This document shows positions 28,665 to 36,803 of a stretch of 64,000 nucleotides of DNA, piece after piece. How positions within the stretch are numbered: the first letter of the stretch is position 1; each line of letters starts with the position of its first letter. The position numbers and the translations under genes are program-made. The stretch comes from a virus, in IMG/VR virus record IMGVR_UViG_3300021492_000027, one strand, 5' to 3'. The notes under the pieces are model-generated. The model made no database searches and was not told the origin of the DNA. It saw only the letters and a list, made by a program, of their open reading frames with translations.

Positions 28665-29231
28665 ATGTATCAGAAGAATGGGATAGTTATACTAACGCCA
28701 AGCGAATATGAAAAATTGAGAAGTGCAATGAAGGTTAGGCATAGAGTATTAAGTGATGCTTTGCTTTATACAGGTATGAGGTATACAGAGATGCAGAAAT
28801 TTGCCTTGAATCCTCACTGGTATGAAAGCGAAAAGAAAATTATTCACTTACCACGGATAGCAGACAGAAAGAGAAAGAGAGTAACACCTGATAGGTATAT
28901 CTATCTCACAAGGCTTGGTAAGGTTGCAATTGATAGGCTATTTGAAGACGGACACAAATATCCTTCATATGTAGCATTTGATGGGATGCTAAAGACGGCA
29001 ATAAAAAGGAGTGGACTGAAAGTGCCAGAAGATGCAACAATATCAGTAAAAACATTCAGGAAGACCTACGAGTCATGGTTAGTAGTAACTTATCCTGAGA
29101 GTATCCCTCTAATTGCTATGTGCCAAGGTCATAGTGAGCCAACAGCTATGAAGTACTATTTGAATATCCCATTTGATAGAGACGAGAAGAAGGAAATAAG
29201 AGAACATCTTGTGGGGTGGATAGTGGAATGA
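28665..29231 (+). CDS. Tyrosine recombinase, catalytic domain only
   Basis: LLYTGMRYTE (R), KTFRK (K-x-x-R), QGHS (H), AMKYYL (Y); no N-terminal core-binding domain. Confidence 0.8.
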   Translation: MYQKNGIVILTPSEYEKLRSAMKVRHRVLSDALLYTGMRYTEMQKFALNPHWYESEKKIIHLPRIADRKRKRVTPDRYIYLTRLGKVAIDRLFEDGHKYPSYVAFDGMLKTAIKRSGLKVPEDATISVKTFRKTYESWLVVTYPESIPLIAMCQGHSEPTAMKYYLNIPFDRDEKKEIREHLVGWIVE

Positions 29232-29524
29232 GTTTCAATTATGAACGTTTAATGTTTTTAACAAAATATGTGCCACACGGACTAATGGCTTCTAACAAAA
29301 AGAAAGAAGAAGTTAATAACGAGACACGAGTGCAAATACTGAAAAAATGGGATTATAGATGTTATCTATGTAATCGTGAGAAGCATTGCATAATTCATCA
29401 TCGTATACCTAACGGTGATGCAAGCGATGAGAACCTCTATCCTTTATGTGAGCAGTGTCATAAGCTCGTGCATACAATTTTATGGTTGGATGGTAAATGG
29501 ATGTTTCAAGGTTATAGGAGATGA
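29228..29524 (+). CDS. HNH endonuclease
   Basis: CYLC...HHRIP...NLYPLCEQCHKLVH. Confidence 0.85.
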   Translation: MSFNYERLMFLTKYVPHGLMASNKKKEEVNNETRVQILKKWDYRCYLCNREKHCIIHHRIPNGDASDENLYPLCEQCHKLVHTILWLDGKWMFQGYRR

Positions 29525-30144
29525 CAAAAATGGAAGTTGAGATAAAAGAATTTATTAAACATCACTACAAAAAATTACAATTTGGAAATGAACAGATAGA
29601 TTATATAGAAGAAGAGCATGATTTTAAAAATAACAACAAACATAGAGGAGCAACTATTGATTTTTTATGTAGAACTACCAATGAAAAATATATATTAATT
29701 GAGTGCAAAGGCGAAGTTGATGAAAAAAGTATTGGTCAGTTACTTAAATATAGAGTGTATGCTAAGAACGAATTAAAAGTAAAAGATAATGACATACTAC
29801 TGATACTATTAGGTTATAGCTTCCATAGTGATTTCTTTACTGCATATTCGTTAATAGAAAATTTGAATTTATTTAAGCCCTTTCAGTATATCTGTTATTG
29901 GTCATTTAGAGGAGATAAAAAGTTTTATCATGTTTTTTCTCTTCCTGATAAGAGAGAATATCAAATAATAACAGAAGTTGTAAAATCTCATCAACAAGTC
30001 AAGCGAGAATTAATTGAAGCAATTATGAGGAAGAGATGGGAACTAATAACATCAGGTGATTTGTTTATAACTCCAACAAAAGACGAAATTCAAAGACTTA
30101 TGGATATGACATTTAGTAATACAAAGAATGTCTACTATAAGTGA
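29521..30144 (+). CDS. PD-(D/E)xK nuclease (NucS/Mrr-like)
   Basis: IDFL...LIECK...SIGQLLKY. Confidence 0.7.
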   Translation: MTKMEVEIKEFIKHHYKKLQFGNEQIDYIEEEHDFKNNNKHRGATIDFLCRTTNEKYILIECKGEVDEKSIGQLLKYRVYAKNELKVKDNDILLILLGYSFHSDFFTAYSLIENLNLFKPFQYICYWSFRGDKKFYHVFSLPDKREYQIITEVVKSHQQVKRELIEAIMRKRWELITSGDLFITPTKDEIQRLMDMTFSNTKNVYYK

Positions 30145-30197
30145 ACTAAGGATATACTAATCTTTTTAGCTCATTATTATAAGAGCAAAAATGAAAA

Positions 30198-31106
30198 ATG
30201 AAACAAAAAGCGAGGCGACATAGTAGAGCATTTTTTGAGAAGTTAGTGCGTAACGAGTTGCACGATCTACCGGAATCGGTACAGCAAGAGACAATAGACA
30301 AACTCGTGCAGTACGATTGTCCTGTACTAACCGCACAAAAAACCCGGGATGTGCTCAATAAGATAAAATCACAATTCAATGAAGCGAATATCACCCCAAG
30401 CGAAAGCATCGGTATCGTAGCAGCGCAATCACTTGGCGAGAGCAGTACCCAGCTCGTTTTGAGAACATTCCATTACGCGGGTGTGGCATCTGAGTATATG
30501 CGTGGCGGGCTCGCGCGTGTGCAGGAGATAATAAACGCAGTAAGGCATATCAAAAACCCGTCAATGCGTATAGTGATAAAACATAAGCGTGCAGAAAAAA
30601 GAATAATCGAGCAAATAAAGAGTTTGAGGGGTGTTTCGTCACTAACAATAACACAAGAAGATGGTAAGACTGTCATATACACACGCGGTAGTAATTTGAG
30701 AGATGCGATGGAGATAGAAGGTATAAGTGTAATAACAAACAACATAAGAGAAATAGAGGATGTGTTGGGTATAGAGGCGGCACGTGCGGCGATAATAAAC
30801 GAGCTCTATGGCGTTTATAACTCATCAGGGTTGGATGTTGATATTAGGCATATTATCTTGATAGCGGATATGATGACCGTGAACGGCTATGTGGAGCCTC
30901 TGAATCGTGTGGGTGCGATGCGTCATAAGAAGTCAATCATAGCGAAGATGGCGTTTGAAGCGCCCATATCTAATCTATATACTGCGGCGGCGACTGGTGC
31001 TATTGACAGTTTGGAAGGCATAACCGAAAATATCATTGTCGGTAAACCCATTAATCGCGGTACTGGCAGTTCCTTGATAGTTTTAGAGTACAAAGACAAT
31101 AAATAA
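30198..31106 (+). CDS. rpo1C: Archaeal RNA polymerase subunit Rpo1C (A''), jaw-deleted
   Basis: GIVAAQSLGE..TQL.LRTFHYAGV (trigger loop), TNNIREIEDVLGIEAAR, DIRHI.LIAD.MT, AFE, GITENIIVGKPI..GTG. Confidence 0.92.
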   Translation: MKQKARRHSRAFFEKLVRNELHDLPESVQQETIDKLVQYDCPVLTAQKTRDVLNKIKSQFNEANITPSESIGIVAAQSLGESSTQLVLRTFHYAGVASEYMRGGLARVQEIINAVRHIKNPSMRIVIKHKRAEKRIIEQIKSLRGVSSLTITQEDGKTVIYTRGSNLRDAMEIEGISVITNNIREIEDVLGIEAARAAIINELYGVYNSSGLDVDIRHIILIADMMTVNGYVEPLNRVGAMRHKKSIIAKMAFEAPISNLYTAAATGAIDSLEGITENIIVGKPINRGTGSSLIVLEYKDNK

Positions 31107-31145
31107 TGTTTTTATATATGCGTTCTAAATATTAATAGAAGAGAA

Positions 31146-31430
31146 ATGATAGAAAAGATATTTGGCACAAAGACACATATTAAGGTTGTTTTATTTCTAC
31201 ATAAGATTTCAGCAACGCGTAACCGCACAACAATAAAGGAGCTACATGAGCGGTTGCATATCTCCCGTCCTTCAATAATAAAGGTGATTAATGATTTGAA
31301 GCGTGCGCATATAGTTGTTGTGATGGGCACGACGAAGGCGCGCTATATCTTGATAGCGAACACGCCACAGCGCAGGGCGTTATGGCGTTTCATTAACGAT
31401 TTTGAGAAAAGTTTTTATCAATTACGGTAA
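31146..31430 (+). CDS. Winged-HTH regulator
   Basis: TIKELHERLHISRPSIIKVINDLKRAHIV. Confidence 0.7.
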   Translation: MIEKIFGTKTHIKVVLFLHKISATRNRTTIKELHERLHISRPSIIKVINDLKRAHIVVVMGTTKARYILIANTPQRRALWRFINDFEKSFYQLR

Positions 31431-31779
31431 TTATGTGTTTTGTTTTGTGTTTTAAAGTATTTTTAAGTTAGTTTTATCATCATTCATAAACTTTTCTTTA
31501 CGAATCATGGGGTTTTAAATAGCGACTTTTGCAATGTAGGTTTGGTGAGGGCAGATGGGGTAAACATCTGCCTGACCGCGCATAAGCGCGGGGCATGTTT
31601 ATGCTTATGGTTTTAGGGGAGAGGCTTCCTGCGCCCCTGCTCGAACCCGGAGCGAAAAATAAAGGAGGGAGACAGAGTTGCGAATGAGAGTAGTGTTCGG
31701 TGTATATTGTGGGAAATAAAAAAACAAAAACAGGATAGTGATCCCCATTTAGGGTGAAGTCCTATTTTCTTAATTTTTT

Positions 31780-31935
31780 GGAGGAGCTGGTGGCGGGCAC
31801 CCCTGAACCCGGACTGGGGCGCAAGTCCGGGGTTTGTAGGCTTATCTGGTGTGTTGCGCCAGCACACCAGAGGCTGAAAGGTAGGGGCTGGCTACCCCTG
31901 CTGAGGGTGCAAGGGTTCGACTCCCTTCTCCTTCG
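31780..31935 (+). ncRNA. tRNA-like RNA 1 with a three-hairpin insert
   Basis: 7-bp acceptor GGAGGAG/CTCCTTC, T-arm AAGGG-TTCGACT-CCCTT, 64% GC by hand count, three internal hairpins. Confidence 0.7.
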
Positions 31936-31974
31936 TGCTTTTGTGTGGAAGCACAAGAGCGAGGAGGTATAAAA

Positions 31975-32124
31975 ATGGAAGAAAGCAAAGAAGTGGCGGA
32001 AGTCACAAATTTAAGAAGAGTCTTGGAATATATCCAAGAACGCGAGGGGAGTGCGGTTATGAAGACAGAGATTATAACATTGTTCAAAGACATGCGGAGG
32101 CTGAGCATGGGAAAGGCAGTGTAA
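31975..32124 (+). CDS. Small hypothetical protein (49 aa, not in ORF track)
   Basis: GAGGAGGT RBS immediately downstream of tRNA-like RNA 1. Confidence 0.5.
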   Translation: MEESKEVAEVTNLRRVLEYIQEREGSAVMKTEIITLFKDMRRLSMGKAV

Positions 32125-32182
32125 TAGAGAAGGTTGTGGGAAATTGGAGTTATCCATACACTGTGTAGGAGTGAGGAAGGAA

Positions 32183-33025
32183 ATGGAAGTAACCAATATA
32201 GAAGACCTTTACAGTACGGTACGACCTCCGACTGAGTACGAAAAGGGATATATCGCCGGTAGGCATTACGAGAAAGTTCAAGGAAATTTTGTCGATGCTG
32301 AGCCGCTGCTTGGCGAGCTGCGAGGGAGAGTGCGATTCTCTCTTGAGGAGGAAGTGGCAGATATGGTGACGCCAACGAAGATAAAGATCGGGTTCAGAGG
32401 AGCATACCGAAATGCACAGAGGATACTCGCATCCACAGTGCTTGAAGCAAAGCTCAGAAATGAGTTTGAAAGCATAAAGGGGAGTAAGATATCAAAGGTG
32501 AATCTTATTGGAGATCAGCTAATTGCAGATTTTACGGTTGAATTTAAGCGGAGAACAATCATTCCATTCTTTCCACGAGCACAAGAGCAAGCAGACATTG
32601 CTTATCAACGCACTGATAAACTGTCATACGAAGAAGCGGTTTTCTACCTTCTCACTGTAGACAGTCACCTTATAGGGCATCAAGCGAATGGATATTTCGG
32701 GCGATTTCATGAATTTTTCTTTAAATTCCTTGAGTATAAACAAGTAGAGATATTTGAGCGGCCCCAGATAGTCGTGGAATTCATTAACGACGAAAGGATC
32801 GAAGATATAACGATAATTAGGAAAGTTGGAAAAGGACAGTTCAGAGAAGTGCGGCATCATTATGAGCGTGTCGATCCTGCAGTTCGGAAAAGAATTTACG
32901 ACGAGGAAGTTGACGAGGTGCAAGACAAGTTGTACTATCTCACACACGTAAAGGATCACATATATCGGCTAACGAGCATGGGAAGTTTTAATTCTCTGCT
33001 CGTTTGGGTGACTGATGGAGATTAG
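32183..33025 (+). CDS. Hypothetical protein
   Basis: Start moved to ATG 32183 behind GAGGAAGG. Confidence 0.7.
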   Translation: MEVTNIEDLYSTVRPPTEYEKGYIAGRHYEKVQGNFVDAEPLLGELRGRVRFSLEEEVADMVTPTKIKIGFRGAYRNAQRILASTVLEAKLRNEFESIKGSKISKVNLIGDQLIADFTVEFKRRTIIPFFPRAQEQADIAYQRTDKLSYEEAVFYLLTVDSHLIGHQANGYFGRFHEFFFKFLEYKQVEIFERPQIVVEFINDERIEDITIIRKVGKGQFREVRHHYERVDPAVRKRIYDEEVDEVQDKLYYLTHVKDHIYRLTSMGSFNSLLVWVTDGD

Positions 33026-33104
33026 AAGAATCGAAGGTTGAGAAGAAAAATGAAAGGAAAATAGTGCCTAAGCGTCTCATTTTATGAGACTCTTCTTTAT
33101 TTTT

Positions 33105-33213
33105 GAAGGAGCTGTGGTCAGGCACATCTCCATGTATCCCATGGCTTTCTTTCCTCCCCTTAGATTTTTATGCTATATGGAGATGTGCAAGGGTTCGACT
33201 CCCTTCTCCTTCA
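33105..33213 (+). ncRNA. tRNA-like RNA 2 with a pyrimidine-rich insert
   Basis: Acceptor GAAGGAG/CTCCTTC, T-arm identical to RNA 1, 12-bp helix GCACATCTCCAT/ATGGAGATGTGC. Confidence 0.7.
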
Positions 33214-33233
33214 TCCTCTTAGGAGGGATAGAA

Positions 33234-33680
33234 ATGGTGGACATGAGTCGTGTATTTGAACAGGCTTGGGCGGAAGAGCCTGAGCCTGTGTGTCGTGTCG
33301 TAAGCGAAGAACTGCGAGAGCAAGAAGAGAAGCGTGAGAAGAAGCTTCTCTTCTTAGGGAAGAAAGAGGTTGTTTCGAATCGTAGTGTAGTGTATCGTAA
33401 TGGAGAGTTTTTTATAGAGGCTAATGGGTCTTCGTTTGTGATAAGACCCAGATGGGAAAAGGAATATCTAAGAATCAGGGGAAAGAGAAATAAGAAATAT
33501 ACGAAGTTTACGAGAGCACCATGCTCGATAGTGATACCAATGCCAGTTGTAAGAGAAAATCCGATGCTATGGTTTGAGCAGAATTACTTAAGTAATGTAA
33601 AGAGAAATCAGCAAGGGGCTTTCATAAAGAAAATCTGGGAGCATAGGTATGAATTCATGCCTGTAATGATGATGGGGTGA
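33234..33680 (+). CDS. Hypothetical protein
   Basis: Start moved to ATG 33234 behind the AGGAGG RBS; the longer predicted start runs through the ncRNA. Confidence 0.65.
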   Translation: MVDMSRVFEQAWAEEPEPVCRVVSEELREQEEKREKKLLFLGKKEVVSNRSVVYRNGEFFIEANGSSFVIRPRWEKEYLRIRGKRNKKYTKFTRAPCSIVIPMPVVRENPMLWFEQNYLSNVKRNQQGAFIKKIWEHRYEFMPVMMMG

Positions 33681-33967
33681 TAAAAATGAACAAGAGAAAG
33701 GAGCTTCGGGTTTTTGTTAACTCTGAACAAGTCAGCCGCTGGATTTTTTTAGAGCGGCTGGGACTTTGTTTCAGAATCACACCAAACAATGGTGGCTGGC
33801 AAAATGTAGAGTATAGCAGAGCCCTTGAAATATGTAAGCGTATAGTCTCAAGGGCTGATGGTGAAAAGGTTAGAGTAAGCGGTTCAATTGTTGATGAATT
33901 ACAGCGAGAAGAAATGGTTAGTAAATTGTTCAGTGAAGGAAAGCTTGTTTTGGGAGGTGTTCAGTAA
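33677..33967 (+). CDS. Hypothetical protein
   Basis: Coupled ORF in the early operon. Confidence 0.55.
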   Translation: MIKMNKRKELRVFVNSEQVSRWIFLERLGLCFRITPNNGGWQNVEYSRALEICKRIVSRADGEKVRVSGSIVDELQREEMVSKLFSEGKLVLGGVQ

Positions 33968-34201
33968 ATGAATATAGAAAAAGTAATAGAAGCAATAAAA
34001 GAGTATATTCTTGCAGAGCCAAAGTACAATAATATCGAGCTACAGACAAAGATATTACAACAGAAAGGATACAAAGGAGTTTCGTATGTTACTAAGGCAA
34101 ACAAGATAGTATCAGTTCTTGAAGATGGAACGGTAAAAGTTTTTAGTCCGCAGGGTCAGCTAATGGAAAATTATCCGCAGTTGTTGGGTGAAGGGCAATG
34201 A
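33968..34201 (+). CDS. Hypothetical protein
   Basis: GGAGGTG RBS. Confidence 0.6.
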   Translation: MNIEKVIEAIKEYILAEPKYNNIELQTKILQQKGYKGVSYVTKANKIVSVLEDGTVKVFSPQGQLMENYPQLLGEGQ

Positions 34202-34518
34202 ACGCAGGAACAGCAGAAATCCTCGTAAAGTGCGATTTTAATGGTGAAAAAGTGATAGAGAATCTCCGTAGGGAATGTAAGAGAGTGCTAAGATTTTTAG
34301 AAGATGAAAAGGCTTATCAGAATATTAGGAGTGGGTGGTTTGGCGCTTATGGTGCAGCGTCCCTTCATGATTTGAGATATGCAATTGAAGCAGTAATTGC
34401 CGTTCACACAAAAGATAGAAAAGACTTGGATGAAGCGTGCAAAGCAATAGAATTCAAAGAAAATGCAATGGCTTTATATACAGCTATTAAAGCAGCGTCA
34501 TTAGTTGAGGAGCAGTAA
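34198..34518 (+). CDS. Hypothetical protein
   Basis: ATGA overlap with the previous gene. Confidence 0.6.
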   Translation: MNAGTAEILVKCDFNGEKVIENLRRECKRVLRFLEDEKAYQNIRSGWFGAYGAASLHDLRYAIEAVIAVHTKDRKDLDEACKAIEFKENAMALYTAIKAASLVEEQ

Positions 34519-34842
34519 TATGAACCTAAAAGATTTTTCAGTAATTCAGCAAGTGATAATCAATGAAGAACTAAATCGGTTATGGAATGATAACCGGTTT
34601 ACGAGAGAAATGTTAGAGTTTTTAGCGAGCGAAATTCTTAAAAAAATACGAGGATAGTATGCGAATAGACGGGCTATTAGGCTTACTTCTCCCACCAGTT
34701 ACAGGAATTGCAATATATGTTTTAACAATACCGCGAACATTGGATACGCTACTGGTGGCAATATTTTGGACACTTTTTTGGTGGTTTGTGTTAGCAATAG
34801 GTTTTGCTTTAGAGGATTTACCATAAAAAAGGAGGTAAAAAA

Positions 34843-35205
34843 ATGGAAAAAGTCGTAAGGTTAAGTAACGGAGTGCGAGTGATCAACTGCACTCCACACG
34901 AGTTGAAATTTGAGGACGGCACAATAGCGATGCCGTCTGGCTATCTCCTCCAAGCGCAAATGGAGGAAAAGCGAGTATCAGATTTCGTTTACGAGGTTAG
35001 AGTGCTACCAACGCCCGAAGGCGAACAGGAACTGCAAGAGATTGAACAAAAATACGGTAAGGATGTTTTTATCATTGGAAGTGCAATAAGTGCACAAGCG
35101 TATCCAAGAAGGGTTAAGATGGTCGTTCTAACGAAGAACAGAGCGAAAGTTTCAGAAAAGATTTGTAGGATAGACAAATTTTCTGTCTATCCTAACAAGA
35201 TGTGA
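34843..35205 (+). CDS. Conserved viral hypothetical protein (NxTPH...PSG family)
   Basis: VINCTPHEL...MPSG motif; AGGAGGT RBS. Confidence 0.6.
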   Translation: MEKVVRLSNGVRVINCTPHELKFEDGTIAMPSGYLLQAQMEEKRVSDFVYEVRVLPTPEGEQELQEIEQKYGKDVFIIGSAISAQAYPRRVKMVVLTKNRAKVSEKICRIDKFSVYPNKM

Positions 35206-35414
35206 CGGAGAAAATGAAAAGAAAAATAGAAGAAAAAAGGATACAGGGAATAACAGCAACAACAGAAAAGATAATCGTGCGGGTACACGAAAAGGGCGTG
35301 GAGATAGACGATAAAGTAGATGACGACAGCGTGGGTTTTTTGTACTTATATTGGAAGGAATGGGAAGAAGTGGAGAAATTCGTAAAGGAGGTGAAGAATA
35401 AAAATGAAAAATAA
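35202..35414 (+). CDS. Small protein, paralog family C (copy 1)
   Basis: FLYLYWKEWEEVEKFVKEV. Confidence 0.55.
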   Translation: MTEKMKRKIEEKRIQGITATTEKIIVRVHEKGVEIDDKVDDDSVGFLYLYWKEWEEVEKFVKEVKNKNEK

Positions 35415-35622
35415 TGGGTGGCATGGTGAATGGCGTTTAAAAGACGAAATTCTTGAAGTTTCAGTATTTCATTGTGATGTAAAAGCAAAATTAATTCCTC
35501 CTGATCCTGATGATGAGGAACAGGAAGGAATATTTGTTTGTCCAGTTTGTGGTGCAACAATTTCAGCCGATTTTCTTTGTAATACTGGTAAAGCATCATT
35601 TATAGGTTGTGAAATAAAATGA
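35404..35622 (+). CDS. Small Zn-ribbon-like protein
   Basis: HC...CPVCG. Confidence 0.55.
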   Translation: MKNNGWHGEWRLKDEILEVSVFHCDVKAKLIPPDPDDEEQEGIFVCPVCGATISADFLCNTGKASFIGCEIK

Positions 35623-35722
35623 GTGTGAGAATAGACTTACATAAGTTTTTAGGTATAGAAGGCAATGAGCCAAAGTTAATGCGTGATTTGTTATGTGAGA
35701 TGGAACAAAAAGGTGATGTTAA

Positions 35723-35884
35723 ATGAGCAAAGAAAAAGTAATGAAAGGTAGATGGGGAGAAGAGATAAAAGTAACAGTATATGACGAAGGTGTGGTCATA
35801 AACAACAATGGCATGTGGATTTATCTATATTGGGAAGACTGGAGAAAAGTAAAAGATTTTATAGAAGATATGAGAAAAAAGTAA
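35723..35884 (+). CDS. Small protein, paralog family C (copy 2; 53 aa, not in ORF track)
   Basis: MSKEKV...WIYLYWEDWRKVKDFIEDMRKK, homologous to 35202. Confidence 0.55.
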   Translation: MSKEKVMKGRWGEEIKVTVYDEGVVINNNGMWIYLYWEDWRKVKDFIEDMRKK

Positions 35885-35886
35885 AA

Positions 35887-36087
35887 ATGAAAAGAGGAGA
35901 ATTTCTTTGTCTTTTCATGTGGATTATGGGCTTAATAGTTGTTTTTTCAGCAATTCTGAGTATCTCTGTTCTGGAAACGAGCACTGATATAAAATTATTA
36001 GTTTTACTAAATATAGCAACCATCCTCTTTGTATTGATGCATTCAGTGCAAGTATTAGTGCAGGTATCGGAAAGTAAAGAAGATTAA
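35887..36087 (+). CDS. Small two-TM protein, family D (copy 1)
   Basis: Start moved to ATG 35887; similar to 36498. Confidence 0.55.
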   Translation: MKRGEFLCLFMWIMGLIVVFSAILSISVLETSTDIKLLVLLNIATILFVLMHSVQVLVQVSESKED

Positions 36088-36277
36088 AAATTCATTTTTT
36101 ATTTTTTAGCAAAATTAGGAGGAAAAACGAAATGAATGAAAAAGAGCAAAAAGAGTGGTTAGCAAAAATTTTATGTATCGTAGAGGAACTAAAAACTATA
36201 GTAGTAAGGGCGCAGGAAGATGCTCTTGATGAGCTTAATGAAATAGAAGAGGAATGCAACAAGCTACTTAAAAGATT

Positions 36278-36481
36278 ATGAGATTTTCATTTAAGGATGT
36301 ACTAAAAATGCAATTAAATAAATTAAAAAAGCTTATGGGAACTTTCAGAAACAACGATGATAATATAATAATTTTATTTATATTATGTGCATCAGCAGTG
36401 GCAGCAATAGGTATTTTCCCTCCTTTTTTAATTATAGTTATTTTCTTATATGAAGTACTAAATTACATAGAGGAATTATGA
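36278..36481 (+). CDS. Small membrane protein
   Basis: Hydrophobic C-half; true start may be downstream. Confidence 0.4.
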   Translation: MRFSFKDVLKMQLNKLKKLMGTFRNNDDNIIILFILCASAVAAIGIFPPFLIIVIFLYEVLNYIEEL

Positions 36482-36497
36482 GCTAAAATAATAGGAG

Positions 36498-36803
36498 GTG
36501 ATAAAGATGCGTTATAACAAAACAATGGAGAGATGGAAAGCATTTGGTGAGTTATGCGTGGAGATTGCGCAAAGAATGAGAAGACCACTTATATTTTATG
36601 CTTTATTTTTATATGTCTTAATGATGGCATATGGTTTTGTAATACTACATTGTTCATCTCTAATTCTCTCTAAATTAGAGCGCGATATAGAAATATTGGC
36701 ATTGATGAGCATGACAAATATCATTTTTGTAATGATGCTCTCAATGCAAGTGATGATAGTTATATTTTTACTAATAACGAAAAGTGAAAAAGAGAAGAGA
36801 TAG
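36498..36803 (+). CDS. Small two-TM protein, family D (copy 2)
   Basis: AGGAGGTGAT RBS; two TMs. Confidence 0.6.
   Translation: MIKMRYNKTMERWKAFGELCVEIAQRMRRPLIFYALFLYVLMMAYGFVILHCSSLILSKLERDIEILALMSMTNIIFVMMLSMQVMIVIFLLITKSEKEKR

Noticed and set aside
31613-32375. ORFs 31613-31867(-), 31754-31972(+), 31762-31956(-), 31842-32375(-), 31935-32168(+) and the long start of 33084
   Set aside because: They arise from the GC-rich structured RNA, lack RBSs and overlap better-supported features.
31907-33212. 28-bp direct repeat as attL/attR of an integrated element
   Set aside because: Both copies have their own complementary 5' acceptor strand and covarying helix, so neither is a bare 3' tRNA fragment.
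31780-33213. tRNA-like elements as ordinary intron-containing tRNAs or tRNA-Pyl
   Set aside because: No bulge-helix-bulge at 37/38 (in element 2, ATGT cannot pair with GCTA), no YU-NNN-R anticodon loop after removing the insert, no CUA anticodon, and the T-loop is canonical unlike tRNA-Pyl.
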